From Promethearchaeota archaeon (GTDB taxonomy: Archaea; Asgardarchaeota; Lokiarchaeia; Sigyniarchaeales; SOKP01): a stretch of DNA of 64,000 bases. The position numbers and the translations under genes are program-made. The notes beneath the pieces are model-generated. The model did not search any database. It was not told where the DNA came from and saw only the letters and a list, made by a program, of their open reading frames with translations. The stretch covers positions 384,001 through 448,000 of the forward strand of contig JAEOUA010000003.1 in assembly GCA_016839555.1 (NCBI GenBank). Reading direction: 5' to 3'. Shown piece by piece: positions 10,763-20,401 of this stretch (the first letter of the stretch is position 1; every line of letters begins with the position of its first letter).

Positions 10763-11440
10763 TTAAAAAATTATGAACAAATTATAGTTCGGAAAGAATA
10801 ATACCTTTAACGCCATATAGCTTCCGAAGAAAATCATAAAAATCCCACAAATAATTAATACCCATCGATAAACCTTGGGATTCAGCGTTCTACCTCCTAA
10901 ATAACCAAATACTGAAATTGGCCAAAACCAGATGAGGTCTCCCAATTCATGACCAAGAAAGAAAAATAATATACCCAGAGGTTTTTGAAAGCTGACATCT
11001 AATTGAACCATTAAACTAAGCCCAATTCCCGCCCACCACAGTGTCCAGAAGGGGTTCGAAAGGCTTACAATAATACCGCCTAAAAAGCTATTACCCTTAA
11101 AGCCTTTCATATCTTCTTCCTTCATATCACTAAAACTTACTTCAATTGGATTATTATAAGTATTTTTTATAACCACAATACCATATACAATTAATAATAT
11201 TCCGCCGACAATTCCAATTGTGGTATATACATAAGCATTTTGCAAAAAAAAGGAAGCCCCTAATAATAACGCAATAATTAATACTAATTCCAAGGTAGCA
11301 TGCCCTAATGTAATAAATAATCCTGCTAAATAACCCTTCTCACTTTTTAAAGACTTGTAAATAGTAAAAGTAAGAACGGGACCAGGACTTAAAGCTCCTG
11401 TCAGCGCTACCACGAATGATATAAAGAAAATATCAATCAT
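10763..11440 (-). CDS. LysE/RhtB family translocator
   Basis: GALSPGP, GH..LE and SNPFW..WW motifs, 6 TM. Confidence 0.88.
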   Translation of the reverse strand: MIDIFFISFVVALTGALSPGPVLTFTIYKSLKSEKGYLAGLFITLGHATLELVLIIALLLGASFFLQNAYVYTTIGIVGGILLIVYGIVVIKNTYNNPIEVSFSDMKEEDMKGFKGNSFLGGIIVSLSNPFWTLWWAGIGLSLMVQLDVSFQKPLGILFFFLGHELGDLIWFWPISVFGYLGGRTLNPKVYRWVLIICGIFMIFFGSYMALKVLFFPNYNLFIIF

Positions 11441-11602
11441 GTATGTGGTAATTTTTTTCTAATTATGAAATTATTGTTTTTACTTTATAATTTCCATCAA
11501 AATTTTAATGAGAAAAGAACGAAGATTATACAAAAATTTAATAATTACTATTTTAAAAATATAATTATAATATAATTATTTAATCCACTAATGAGTTAAA
11601 TT

Positions 11603-12460
11603 ATGGTTGATTATAAAAACGTATTAAAGACTCTTCAGAAAAGCTATTCTTACGTGGATAAGATTCTTGTGCTTAAGAATAATGGAAAAATAGAATATTC
11701 AACAGATAATTGGAAAGTTAAGGAAGATATTAAGGGCTTTTTAGCGAGTTGGGCTAGCGGAAATGCACAGTTTGTTGTTATGGATGGAGTCAAATATTCA
11801 ATCTTACAAATGGAGCCAGAAAGATTTGTGGGCACAAACAGACAGAAAAAAGGACATTTAATTGGAGCAGCGACTGCGGAAAGAGATAAATATTTAATTG
11901 CTCATATTGACAATAAGGCAAAAGGTTGGATGCATAATGCGTATCCAATGGTAGCTAGAGCAGCAGTTGCGTTGAATGATACGTCTAAATTAAAATACTT
12001 GGATTCAAGCCAAAAACAAGTCAAACCTGGCAAAGACGCTCAAACGGAAAAGATTTCGAAAAAAATAAAAAAATTAGAAGATAAATTCAAGAAAAACCTT
12101 GATAAGGGGAAGAAAGAAAAAGCAATAGAATATGCTAAAGAACTTATTGAAATGGCGAATTCAATTGGAAAAAGTGATGTAGCGGAAAAATATCAGGATA
12201 TAATAGATGAGCTTCTGGGGAAGAAAAAAGAAAAAACTGAAGAACCAATTGAGCAAATGACTCAAATTAGAGCAGACGCTATATCTACACCTAAAGTCAA
12301 TCCAATTATAACCCAAGAAGTTATAAATTTTCTTCAATGGATTAATGATAGGGAAGGATTAGTGAAGTTTGTCGAATATTATCTTCAACAAAATGATCAA
12401 CAAAAAATTTCTGATTTATCAGATATTTATAAAGAACTCTATCGAATAACAACTGAATAA
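11603..12460 (+). CDS. Asgard profilin-domain protein with C-terminal helical extension
   Basis: aa 1-125 match the Loki profilin pattern (GKIEYSTDNW, GVKYSILQ..PERFVGTN...KGHLI); about 160 extra C-terminal residues. Confidence 0.75.
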   Translation: MVDYKNVLKTLQKSYSYVDKILVLKNNGKIEYSTDNWKVKEDIKGFLASWASGNAQFVVMDGVKYSILQMEPERFVGTNRQKKGHLIGAATAERDKYLIAHIDNKAKGWMHNAYPMVARAAVALNDTSKLKYLDSSQKQVKPGKDAQTEKISKKIKKLEDKFKKNLDKGKKEKAIEYAKELIEMANSIGKSDVAEKYQDIIDELLGKKKEKTEEPIEQMTQIRADAISTPKVNPIITQEVINFLQWINDREGLVKFVEYYLQQNDQQKISDLSDIYKELYRITTE

Positions 12461-12609
12461 AAGAGATAAGATTAGAAGAAGTAAATTTTTGAAATAAAAT
12501 TCTGTTTATATATCTCTTGTTTTTAGTTAAATTTTTATTAATTTGAATGAATTAATAAAAGAAATTATAGTTTTAATTTATATAAAAGAGTATTTCAAAT
12601 CATAATATA

Positions 12610-13866
12610 TTATTCCCGTATTTGCCCGCTTCCATAAATGATATATTTAGTGGTGGTGAGCTGTTCTACACCCATAGGTCCACGTGAATGAAGTTTTTGA
12701 GTAGATATCCCAATTTCAGCTCCTAAACCGAACACACCCCCATCAGTTAAACGAGTGGCAGCGTTAACATACACGGCAGCAGCATCGACTTCATAGAGAA
12801 ATTTTCTTGCATCACTATAATTTTCTGTTATAATCGATTCAGTATGCTTTGAATCATATTTGGTGATAATATTGATGGCTTCTTCAATATTTTTGACCAC
12901 TTTTATACATATTTTTAAGGAGAGATATTCTGCCCGCCAATCTTCTTCTGTGGCAGGAATTATATCAGGAACAAGATCTTGTGTTTGTTGATCTCCTCTT
13001 ACTTCAACACCATTTTCTCGCAGCAACTTAACGATTCTTGGAATATACTCATCTTTAATATCCTCGTGAATTAATAGCTTATCTAAAGCATTGCATACTG
13101 CAGGATATGAACATTTGGAGTTAATGATTATTTTATCTGCCATATCTAAATCAGCATCATAATTAACGAATAAGCTGACAATTCCTATTCCTGTTTCGAT
13201 GGTCGGTACCAAAGAGTTTTGAATTACTTTTTGTATTAAACTTTCTCCTCCACGCGGGATAATTACATCAATATAATCCTTTAGCTTGAGCATCGCATCA
13301 ACATATGCTCTATCAGTATCTTTAATGATTTGTATACAATTTTCTGGTAATCCCTCTTGAATTGCAGCTTCATGTAATATATCTGCTATCGCGATATTCG
13401 AGTAGATTGCCTCACTTCCGCCTCTTAGAATAATACTATTTCCCGCTTTAATGCACAACGTCGATGCATCAGCAGTAACATTAGGACGTGATTCATAGAT
13501 AATTCCGATTACACCAAGTGGGACTCTGACTAATCCTATATCCATTCCATTTGGTCTGCGCCACATTTTTATAATTTCATTGATAGGATCGGGAAAATCA
13601 GCTATTTCTTTAATACTTTCTGCTATTTTATTAATTTTATTATCAGTTAAAATGAGGCGATCAATTTTAGCTTGTTCGAAATGTTTTTTTTCAGCATTTT
13701 CAAGGTCAATTTTATTCGCGTTAATAATTTTCGATATATTATTCTCTAATTCATCAGCCATCCGAAGTAATGCATTATTTTTTATAGCTGTTGGAATATT
13801 TTTTAAAATAAATGCAGAATCCTTCGCTTGCTGACCGATCTTTTCCATTTTCTCTTGAATTGACAT
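12610..13866 (-). CDS. proA: gamma-glutamyl phosphate reductase
   Basis: VPLGVIGIIYESRPNVT, PAVCNA, GAEIGISTQKLHSRGPMG. Confidence 0.97.
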   Translation of the reverse strand: MSIQEKMEKIGQQAKDSAFILKNIPTAIKNNALLRMADELENNISKIINANKIDLENAEKKHFEQAKIDRLILTDNKINKIAESIKEIADFPDPINEIIKMWRRPNGMDIGLVRVPLGVIGIIYESRPNVTADASTLCIKAGNSIILRGGSEAIYSNIAIADILHEAAIQEGLPENCIQIIKDTDRAYVDAMLKLKDYIDVIIPRGGESLIQKVIQNSLVPTIETGIGIVSLFVNYDADLDMADKIIINSKCSYPAVCNALDKLLIHEDIKDEYIPRIVKLLRENGVEVRGDQQTQDLVPDIIPATEEDWRAEYLSLKICIKVVKNIEEAINIITKYDSKHTESIITENYSDARKFLYEVDAAAVYVNAATRLTDGGVFGLGAEIGISTQKLHSRGPMGVEQLTTTKYIIYGSGQIRE

Positions 13867-13938
13867 AAGAAAATCCTTTTCACTAAAATAATTACTAAAT
13901 CCTAATATTGATATAAAAGAAGCTAATTTAAAAAAAAT

Positions 13939-14727
13939 TTACTTTTGAGCTACGAAGTAGGTACCGATCTCCTGTCCTTCTAATATTTTTTTTACGTTTT
14001 TACTTTTAAATGAGGTGATTACAGTGGGAATCCCAATATTTGTTAATTTTTTGGCAGCATCAAGTTTTGATTTCATTCCTCCAAAACTTACCCCACTATC
14101 TATATCTTCTACTAATTGATCCAGTTTCTTATCGATTTCTTCAACTTGCGTAATTACTTTCGCATCCTCATGAATATTAGGATTCTTATCACATAGCCCT
14201 TCTACATCAGTTAAAATTATTAAAAGATCAACAAAAAGTAAAATAGATACCAATGCAGAGAGATTGTCATTATCACCATAACTTAGTTCTTCAATGGCAA
14301 CCGAATCGTTTTCATTTATGATCGGTATAATTCCTTTATCTAAAAGGACTTGCAGCGTATTTCTTGTATTTGCTCGGCGTGTAGAATCTTTCATATCATC
14401 TGCTGAAAGTAAAACCTGTCCTATATGCAAATCATACTTGCTAAATTCTTCTTGATAAATTTTCATCAGGTATATTTGACCAACGGCCGCCAAAGCTTGT
14501 AGCTGTTTATAATCAGAAGGTCTTTCTTTTAATCCCAATTTGGCCAGACCCGAGCCTATAGCACCACTACTTACTATAATGATCTCATAACCTTCTTTTA
14601 TTAACGAGGCTATTTCCTTTACAAATGATTCAATTTTATCGCAATAAATTTGTGCAACGCCATCAGTGATCATTTGCGTACCGACTTTAATCACGATCCG
14701 CTTAATATTTGAAGGAAAGGTTCTCAT
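13939..14727 (-). CDS. proB: glutamate 5-kinase (no PUA domain)
   Basis: VIKVGT, SSGA, AAVGQ, NENDSV, GDNDNLSA, GGMKSK. Confidence 0.96.
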   Translation of the reverse strand: MRTFPSNIKRIVIKVGTQMITDGVAQIYCDKIESFVKEIASLIKEGYEIIIVSSGAIGSGLAKLGLKERPSDYKQLQALAAVGQIYLMKIYQEEFSKYDLHIGQVLLSADDMKDSTRRANTRNTLQVLLDKGIIPIINENDSVAIEELSYGDNDNLSALVSILLFVDLLIILTDVEGLCDKNPNIHEDAKVITQVEEIDKKLDQLVEDIDSGVSFGGMKSKLDAAKKLTNIGIPTVITSFKSKNVKKILEGQEIGTYFVAQK

Positions 14728-14818
14728 AACTTTTTAATTTAGAAAGAAAACAATATAAATTTGGTTTAAATAATTAATTGCTTAATTTAGGTTTTTTCAT
14801 TCAACTCAGAACAAAGAA

Positions 14819-15307
14819 TTAAAAGCTTATCTGAAATACATTAGTTAAAATCCATCCTAAAACAATAATTATAAGCAAGATTGGGATTATGAAAAGAAGG
14901 AATGCATAAGAGCTTCTAATCCAAAATCTGTTCCACAATTTTACGCCTTCTTTAAAATCTTCTCTTCTCTGTTTTTTCCATAGTTCCATGTCTCTTTGGA
15001 TTTTTTGAGTAGTGGTTTCCCATTGTTGTTTTGTCTCTAAATTACGTCTTTCAATATCACTTTTCCATTGTTCTACCTTATTTTCCCAATCTTTTCTTAC
15101 ATCTTGGAAAAATTTATCTACCTTCTCTTTACTCTTTTCAAAATCTTCTAAATTCTTTTTGGATTCATCCTCAAGCGATTTTTTAAAATCTACCCATCCT
15201 TTATTTAAATTATTGACAAACTCATCCCATTTTTGTTTAAAAGGATCTTCTTTAAGTTTATTTGGTTCTGAATTATTTGAATTATTCATATTCTTACTCA
15301 TATCCAT
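14819..15307 (-). CDS. tail-anchored amphipathic helical protein
   Basis: Trp/Phe-periodic charged helix followed by a single C-terminal TM. Confidence 0.7.
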   Translation of the reverse strand: MDMSKNMNNSNNSEPNKLKEDPFKQKWDEFVNNLNKGWVDFKKSLEDESKKNLEDFEKSKEKVDKFFQDVRKDWENKVEQWKSDIERRNLETKQQWETTTQKIQRDMELWKKQRREDFKEGVKLWNRFWIRSSYAFLLFIIPILLIIIVLGWILTNVFQISF

Positions 15308-15335
15308 TGCTTTATATTGAATAGTTTTTCTAATA

Positions 15336-15390
15336 TAAATAAATTATAGTATTTCAGAATTATGATTAAATAAATTATAGTAATTCAGAA
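15336..15390. repeat. 24-bp direct repeat pair in a divergent intergenic region
   Basis: taaataaattatagta(t/a)ttcagaa at 15336 and 15367, 1 mismatch, 31-bp period. Confidence 0.7.
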
Positions 15391-15555
15391 ATATAATAAT
15401 TGTTTATTTTAAATAACTAAACAATCATCATTTCTTTATATGAAATCATAAGGATTTTTGAACGATATTCAGATTTTTTAAAATATTTTATAGAAATTTC
15501 AGTATTTATTAGTAGAATTAATATTTTTATTAAGAGAGACAAAATTTATTATAAA

Positions 15556-16974
15556 TTGTTCAATAATCAAAATAAAAGTGAAATATTTATGGACTTTAAA
15601 TTACTTGAAAATACTCCCCTATATAAAGCCTTCTCTGAGGTAGGTAAGAGAATCTTCTTACCAGAGGGTATTTTTTATTGGTCTGGGCGAGCAAAAAATG
15701 AGGCGGAATTAATTGGGACGATTGGGTCTGCTTTTGGATATGAAAAAGATTTCATTGAGGATGGGGAGGATAAATGGGTTCCTTGCTATTTAAAAGAGAT
15801 TAAAAAATATTCTAATCTAAATGTTGAACAAATTGTTCCTTATGCGTCTATTGGCGGATTGCCCGAGCTCAGAAAAATATGGAAAGATTGGATAATAGAA
15901 AAAGCGCGTTTTAATTCTGGAGAGGATAAAAAGAACATAGATTATCTTACAAAATACATAACAGACCCCCTTGTGACTGCTGGAGTGACTAATGGTATAT
16001 ATCTGGTATGCTCTCTTTTTTTAAATAAAGGAGAGAAGATCATTTGCCCTAATAAACGATGGGGAAACTATGATAATATCATTGTAAAAAATATCGGAGC
16101 TCAAATTGAATCATTTGAATTCTTCCGCAATAAAAAAATTAATCTGGATGGTTTAAGAAAGGCAATCCAGGAACTTGATAGAGTACAAGATAAAATAGTA
16201 ATAATTTTAAATTTTCCTAATAATCCTACAGGATATGTACCAACCAAGCAAGAGGCACTAGATTTAATAAATCTGCTCCAGCAACTTCAATTAGAAATCA
16301 AAAAACCCTTTATTATTTTAGTTGATGATGCTTATGAGCCTTATATCTATAATTTTCGAGAGGATATCTTAGATGTTTCCATCTTTTATCAACTTCAGCA
16401 ATTGGAAGAAGAAATAATACCCATCAAGCTAGATGGTATTACTAAAGAATTACTTTTCTATGGAGGTAGAATCGGTTTTGTAACTATTGGGCTAAAACCT
16501 ATTTGGGTTCAAGATAAATATAGTCTTTCCACATTAAAGGATGAAATAAATAATAAATTGGAAGGATTCAATAGAAGCTCAATATCTAATTCAAATCATT
16601 TTTATCAAACAGTTGCAATCAAATTATTTCAAGATTCTGGCAAAGAGAAGATTATAGAATCAAGAAATAAAGTTAAACTGCTATTAGAAAAAAGATGCAA
16701 AAAAATAAACCAAGAATTAATGAAAATTAAATCAACTGATATCTCTGTAGATCCGAATTCGGGTGGCTTTTTTATATTTGTGAATTTAAACCCTGAAAAA
16801 ATTAAAGCATCCGAGTTTGCGGATTATTTGTTAACACAGCATAAAGTAGGAGTCATCCCTATAGAAAATCCTCGGGAAAATATAAATGGAATACGAATCG
16901 CTTATTCTTCGATTAACTTAGATCAAATACCCGAATTTATAGAGAGAATTAAGAAGGCATTATCTAATTATTAA
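15556..16974 (+). CDS. PLP-dependent aminotransferase class I/II (true start possibly ATG 15589)
   Basis: NFPNNPTG, DDAY, DGITKE...GGRIG. Confidence 0.9.
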   Translation: MFNNQNKSEIFMDFKLLENTPLYKAFSEVGKRIFLPEGIFYWSGRAKNEAELIGTIGSAFGYEKDFIEDGEDKWVPCYLKEIKKYSNLNVEQIVPYASIGGLPELRKIWKDWIIEKARFNSGEDKKNIDYLTKYITDPLVTAGVTNGIYLVCSLFLNKGEKIICPNKRWGNYDNIIVKNIGAQIESFEFFRNKKINLDGLRKAIQELDRVQDKIVIILNFPNNPTGYVPTKQEALDLINLLQQLQLEIKKPFIILVDDAYEPYIYNFREDILDVSIFYQLQQLEEEIIPIKLDGITKELLFYGGRIGFVTIGLKPIWVQDKYSLSTLKDEINNKLEGFNRSSISNSNHFYQTVAIKLFQDSGKEKIIESRNKVKLLLEKRCKKINQELMKIKSTDISVDPNSGGFFIFVNLNPEKIKASEFADYLLTQHKVGVIPIENPRENINGIRIAYSSINLDQIPEFIERIKKALSNY

Positions 16975-17150
16975 AACAAAAATTTATGCCAATTTTAATG
17001 ATGACACTGTATTCAAATTCTGAGTAAAGAAAGCTATTATATTAGAGAGTTTTTATAATTGCAATATAAAAAAATTAAAAAAATAACCTCTATTAATATT
17101 AATAGCATATTTTTAATATTATTTAAATTAAAAAAGTTGGATTATATAAT

Positions 17151-18041
17151 ATGGAAACTTCCTTTTACATTTTAGGTGTTTTTTTAGCCATTATAAGTGG
17201 ATCAGTAAATAATATTGGTTCAGTTTTACAGAAAAAAGTAGTGAATGAACTTCCTACGGAAGCTAAATTTTTCAGGAGTTTAATCAAAAAACCGCTTTGG
17301 TTAATGGGTTTAATAATGCAAATGGGAATTGGGTCAATTTTCTTCATGGTTGCCCAATTATATATTGGTCCTGCTCTCATTCCCGGCCTCATGGCATTCG
17401 GATTAGTTTTCTTAGCTATTGGTTCAGCAAAAATTGTTAAAGAATCTCTAAAAAAAGTAGAAATAACGGGAATCATCCTCATGATCAGTGCAATATTTTT
17501 TTTGGGATTATCGGAATTAATAATTGATATCACCCAGATAGATATACTCCAACCAATGGTTATCCTTAATATGACAGTCTTTACTATTAGTTTATATATG
17601 GGTTCGTTAATATGTGAAATCCTTCAAAGAAGGAGTCAAAAATATAAAGGAATCTTACTGGCAATTGCTTCGGGATTTCAAGTTTCATTAACTAATTTCT
17701 GGATTGCACCAATGATGGCCTTTTTTGTTGCAGTATTTACAGGTACGGCGAGTTTGGGGGAGATAATTCTATTCGTTATTACTTCAATAATATTAGTCAT
17801 TTCCAGCATGACTGGGATTGCAAAGATTCAGCAATCATTTCAAGTGGCAAATGCAAGCCGAATGATACCAATTCAACAAGTTCCCATCCAAATAATGCCT
17901 ATTTTTGTGTATTTCTTGGTATTTTCGTTGATTGCACCTAGTATCATGTCAATTTTTTTTATGGTAATAGGAGTATTTTTTATAATTATTAGTTCCTTTT
18001 TGTTGGCTAAACGTCAAGCACAATTAGAAGCAATGAAATAG
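17151..18041 (+). CDS. DMT-superfamily (EamA/NIPA-like) membrane transporter
   Basis: 9 TM, GSVLQKK and PLWLMG motifs typical of NIPA/DMT. Confidence 0.7.
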   Translation: METSFYILGVFLAIISGSVNNIGSVLQKKVVNELPTEAKFFRSLIKKPLWLMGLIMQMGIGSIFFMVAQLYIGPALIPGLMAFGLVFLAIGSAKIVKESLKKVEITGIILMISAIFFLGLSELIIDITQIDILQPMVILNMTVFTISLYMGSLICEILQRRSQKYKGILLAIASGFQVSLTNFWIAPMMAFFVAVFTGTASLGEIILFVITSIILVISSMTGIAKIQQSFQVANASRMIPIQQVPIQIMPIFVYFLVFSLIAPSIMSIFFMVIGVFFIIISSFLLAKRQAQLEAMK

Positions 18042-18055
18042 AGGTGAAATAGAAA

Positions 18056-18844
18056 ATGGTAAAAATAATCTTTGTTCAACCACATCCAGATGATTTAGAA
18101 TTAAATTGTGGGCATTTAATGCATTATCTATCAACTAAAAGTAATAAAAATTATGTAATCAAAGTTGCTTCCACCACCTTGGGAGAATATGGCCTTCCTG
18201 GAGCACAATATGATAAATTTAAAGGAGATTTCTTGGCTAAAGTGCGTTTACGTGAATTACAAAATGCATTGAGTATTCATAAAATTCCCGCTGAGAATAT
18301 TACCTATTTAGGATACATAGATGGCTTAGTTCCCTTTAATAGAGAAATGATTTCTAAGTTTGCGAATTATTTAAAAAAAGAGCAACCTGATATTATTTTT
18401 GGTCCCGAGGCAATTTATACTTCTTACTATCACATGGATCATGTTAATACAGGGAAAGTTCTTTTTTATTGTATTTATCATAATTTAATTGGATGTCGAC
18501 CAATCCTCTATTATTATCAAACGCTTAGCCCAAATTTTTATTTTGGTTTTAAAGAAGAAGATTTTCATTTAATAGATCAATTGCTTGCTTGTCATAAAAC
18601 GCAGTTCTGGTTAATTAACAGAGTTAAGATGATGTATAAACCTAAATCCCGCTTAGCTGGCTTTAATTTAGCGGGGTGGAAGTATGCTGAAAAATATAGA
18701 AGGGTTTATTTCAATAGTAAGAATCAGAATAAAAATAAACCCTCATTGCGAGTAAAGATAAGGAGTCATTGGTATTCTAGCATGCCATGGTTCCAAGCAA
18801 AATATCCCCAAGATATATTAAAGGAGCTAAACAAAAAAAGCTAA
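18056..18844 (+). CDS. PIG-L/LmbE family N-acetyl deacetylase
   Basis: PHPDD, RLRE, H-x-DH (HMDH), HKTQ motifs. Confidence 0.9.
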   Translation: MVKIIFVQPHPDDLELNCGHLMHYLSTKSNKNYVIKVASTTLGEYGLPGAQYDKFKGDFLAKVRLRELQNALSIHKIPAENITYLGYIDGLVPFNREMISKFANYLKKEQPDIIFGPEAIYTSYYHMDHVNTGKVLFYCIYHNLIGCRPILYYYQTLSPNFYFGFKEEDFHLIDQLLACHKTQFWLINRVKMMYKPKSRLAGFNLAGWKYAEKYRRVYFNSKNQNKNKPSLRVKIRSHWYSSMPWFQAKYPQDILKELNKKS

Positions 18845-19203
18845 ACAAAATAAAACAGCGAATTATTAACAATTTTATCAATGCAAAACAAATAAAATTC
18901 TTTTTTATTTTTTAATTACCATCTTTTTTAATTTTCAAGTTAAGATTTATGGTTTTTCTATTTTTTACTTAACATTGATAAGTAGAGGAAAAAAGAGGAG
19001 AATTTCCTAAAAAAAAATTAAAGTAAAAGATTAAAATTTATATACTCTCCATGCTAAAAAATACAAATTTTTTAGGAATAAGAAATGGAGCAATAATACT
19101 GAAAAAAAAATAGAAATTATAGTAATATTTTCATTTCTAATAATTATATAAACTATCACGAAGAATAAATAATTGATATCTTTATTATTAATGTGATTAA
19201 AAA

Positions 19204-20328
19204 ATGCAACCGATTGGATTCAATAAAGAAAAAGCATCAGCTGTTTTAAAGAAATATGACATAGATGTTTTAATTGCTTCTTCTCCTGTTAATGTATTCT
19301 ATTTAACAGGCTTGCCCACTCTACATGTTGCGCCTAATCCCATTTTGTACGTATTATCGAACCAATATCCCAGCCTGGCCTTAGTTAAAAATGATGGAGA
19401 AGAAAGCCTAATAACTTGGATAACTTATAGAAGTATCGATAATTTTTCCTGGGTTAAAGATGTTCACGGAATAGGGTCTCCAAAAGCGGCAATGGTAACA
19501 ATTTCTGATAAAATAAAAGAATGGGAGTTTTCAAATAAAAAAATTGGATATGAATCGCACATGCCCACGTATCAATATCAATATTTAAAGAATGAATTTC
19601 CAAATGCCACGTTTATTAATGGAGATCAAGCTTTTTTAGACATGAGATTAGTTAAATCAGAAGAGGAAGTAAAACGGATTAGAAAATCAACTGAAATTTC
19701 TGAAAAGGCAATTAAAACAATGATTGAAGAGGCGCATGAAGGAATTACAGATAACGAATTACTTCAGATCGCTCGCCGCACAATCATTAATGAGGGAGCG
19801 GAAGGATGGGATCACCTAACTATGGGCATAGGTTCATCAGACCCAGAAGCTCCTGGCACAGGTATTCAAATGAAGCCAGGAGATATAACTCGATTTGATA
19901 TTGGTACTATCTGGAAGGGATACGTATCAGATGTAAGCAGAGAGGTAGTGATTGGTAAAATTCCAGAAGGAGCTCAAGAAATAATAGAAAGACTAATTCA
20001 AGTACAAGAATTTTGCGTGGAAAACATCAAACCAGGAGGATATCCAAAAGAGCTATATAAAAATACTATGGATTTCAATAAATCTTTAACAAAATTCGGA
20101 AGGTGTTTTATTACTGGACATAGCATTGGTTTGGAATGTGAGGAAACGCATATATTTAGTCCAATTAAGAAGCTTGATATCTCTTTCGAAGAAAATATGG
20201 TACTTGATGTTGAAATATGGCAAAATTTTAAAAATCAAGGACTTATAGGGGTAGAAGATTGTTATCGAATTACTAAGTCAGGCTGCGAAAGGCTTTCAAG
20301 TTTGGATAAAAATATATTTGTAAAATAG
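19204..20328 (+). CDS. M24 Xaa-Pro peptidase family protein
   Basis: creatinase N-domain; metal ligands D, D (GYVSD), H (GHSIG), E, E (GVED). Confidence 0.88.
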   Translation: MQPIGFNKEKASAVLKKYDIDVLIASSPVNVFYLTGLPTLHVAPNPILYVLSNQYPSLALVKNDGEESLITWITYRSIDNFSWVKDVHGIGSPKAAMVTISDKIKEWEFSNKKIGYESHMPTYQYQYLKNEFPNATFINGDQAFLDMRLVKSEEEVKRIRKSTEISEKAIKTMIEEAHEGITDNELLQIARRTIINEGAEGWDHLTMGIGSSDPEAPGTGIQMKPGDITRFDIGTIWKGYVSDVSREVVIGKIPEGAQEIIERLIQVQEFCVENIKPGGYPKELYKNTMDFNKSLTKFGRCFITGHSIGLECEETHIFSPIKKLDISFEENMVLDVEIWQNFKNQGLIGVEDCYRITKSGCERLSSLDKNIFVK

Positions 20329-20401
20329 AAATAGAAAAAATAAGATTATTTTTAGTTAATGATTTTTAAAATAATATTAAAAATATGGAGGCTAAATTTT
20401 T

